Shown: piece after piece, positions 62,987 to 64,000 of the stretch | Position numbering within the stretch: the stretch's first letter is position 1 | How the letters are laid out: the number at the start of each line of letters is the position of its first letter | From: Gammaproteobacteria bacterium | GTDB taxonomy: Bacteria > Pseudomonadota > Gammaproteobacteria > CBDBNL01 > JAAOII01 | Assembly (NCBI GenBank): GCA_965209035.1 | Contig: OZ242372.1 | Span: 2,048,001-2,112,000 of the forward strand | DNA length: 64,000 nucleotides | Direction: 5' to 3' | The notes under the pieces: model-generated | The model's input: only the letters and a program-made list of their open reading frames with translations | The model's database searches: none | What the model was told of the DNA's origin: nothing | Made by a program: the position numbers and the translations under genes

Positions 62987-63772
62987 TCAGAACAGACGCT
63001 TGCGATCACCAAAAAACATTTGATAGTGTCTGTCGGACATTTGCGCGGTGTCGTGCAAAATTAAGAATTCAATGCCTCTGAAATCTTTGTGAAAACACGG
63101 ATCACTGCACACCAAGCATTTAAATCTCAGATAAAGACCAAATATGGCGGGAAGAGAAACCGTGTTGATGTCCACAGGTCTGTCCTCATAGATACATTTG
63201 GAATCCGGCAACACCGGAACATGAATGGAATCGTGGTAAACATCCATTGCTTGGAACAACTTAATGTAATCATCGGCGTCTTGCATATTGGAAGACGGGA
63301 TAGTCGAGCAGCCGAAAAAGTATCTGAGTTTGTTGTGATAAAGCACATTGGCCAATCCTTTCCACAGGATACCGAATACGCGCGAATTCCTGTATTTCGC
63401 CCCAATACAGGCGCGACTGACACTGAGGCCTTGTTTTTGAATATCTAACGGCAGCTTACTGAAGTCATAACGGTTTGAGCCGCAGAATCCCCCGTTTTCG
63501 GTTGCCATTTCGTATGTTTGCATGCGGTAGGTGGCAATAATCTGTTGTTCTTTTTTTGTCTTGATCAGGAGATGGGAAGAATAAGCATCATACCGGTCAA
63601 TATCGGTTTGAGCTTCCGCCGCTTTGGGGTTTCCAATTTGCATTTCCACATTGTAAATTTGATATCTTAGCCTGTAAAGTTGGTCATAATCGGCATCCGT
63701 TTCTGCAACCAAAACCACATATTCATCCGTTTCAGCGATCGGATCATTGAAAGACAAACTGGGATGCAGCAT
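62987..63772 (-). CDS. GNAT N-acyltransferase (OlsB/Acetyltransf_5-like)
   Basis: RLRY.IY..E, D.D.YD....HLL, IATYRM, SRACI...YR, LW.GLA, FGCS. Confidence 0.8.
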   Translation of the reverse strand: MLHPSLSFNDPIAETDEYVVLVAETDADYDQLYRLRYQIYNVEMQIGNPKAAEAQTDIDRYDAYSSHLLIKTKKEQQIIATYRMQTYEMATENGGFCGSNRYDFSKLPLDIQKQGLSVSRACIGAKYRNSRVFGILWKGLANVLYHNKLRYFFGCSTIPSSNMQDADDYIKLFQAMDVYHDSIHVPVLPDSKCIYEDRPVDINTVSLPAIFGLYLRFKCLVCSDPCFHKDFRGIEFLILHDTAQMSDRHYQMFFGDRKRLF

Positions 63773-64000
63773 TTTTTACTTCCGGTCTTTTATTGTTCTA
63801 TTGTTCTATTGTTTTATTTTTCGCTCCAAAAGAAGCACATGAACAGCATATCATTTGTTTATATTTTATGTTCTAAATCACCGAGTATGCGGAAAAAAGA
63901 ACAAACGCACCCATTTTGTAGTGAAAACGCGTTTGAATTTTGAAAATAAACCACAAGAGAAACCGGCGGTCATCAAGATACAATTCCGGCGAGCCTATGA

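Overview
Bacterial chromosome segment. The core gene order (fmdB-aspS-yebC-ruvC, rpsB-tsf-pyrH-frr-uppS-cdsA-dxr-rseP-bamA, accD-folC) looks gammaproteobacterial. FnIII, thrombospondin-3, cadherin-like and GLUG-type surface proteins, a GT10 fucosyltransferase and heavy IS scarring suggest a host-associated, possibly marine-invertebrate or sponge, symbiont (inference). Housekeeping operons are broken up: ruvC lacks ruvAB, znuC is alone, and bamA lacks skp/lpx/fabZ/rnhB. Main observations: (1) ribosomal protein S2 and EF-Ts form one 630-aa ORF joined by a ~130-aa linker, with no separate tsf start. (2) Three surface lipoproteins share ~90-aa extended signal regions; two sit in a ~4.2-kb tandem duplication with near-identical flanks but divergent cores, and the third is a 3823-aa giant cleanly interrupted by an IS481-family element. 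(3) Three tandem membrane-anchored coiled-coil genes differ mainly in their number of 11- and 7-residue units, and two of them start in an IS-derived leader. (4) IS481 right-end remnants recur just upstream of -10 boxes. (5) Two tandem non-coding hairpin units keep their pairing through G-U changes. No CRISPR array, rRNA or reverse transcriptase was seen. All calls come from reading the sequence; no searches were run.
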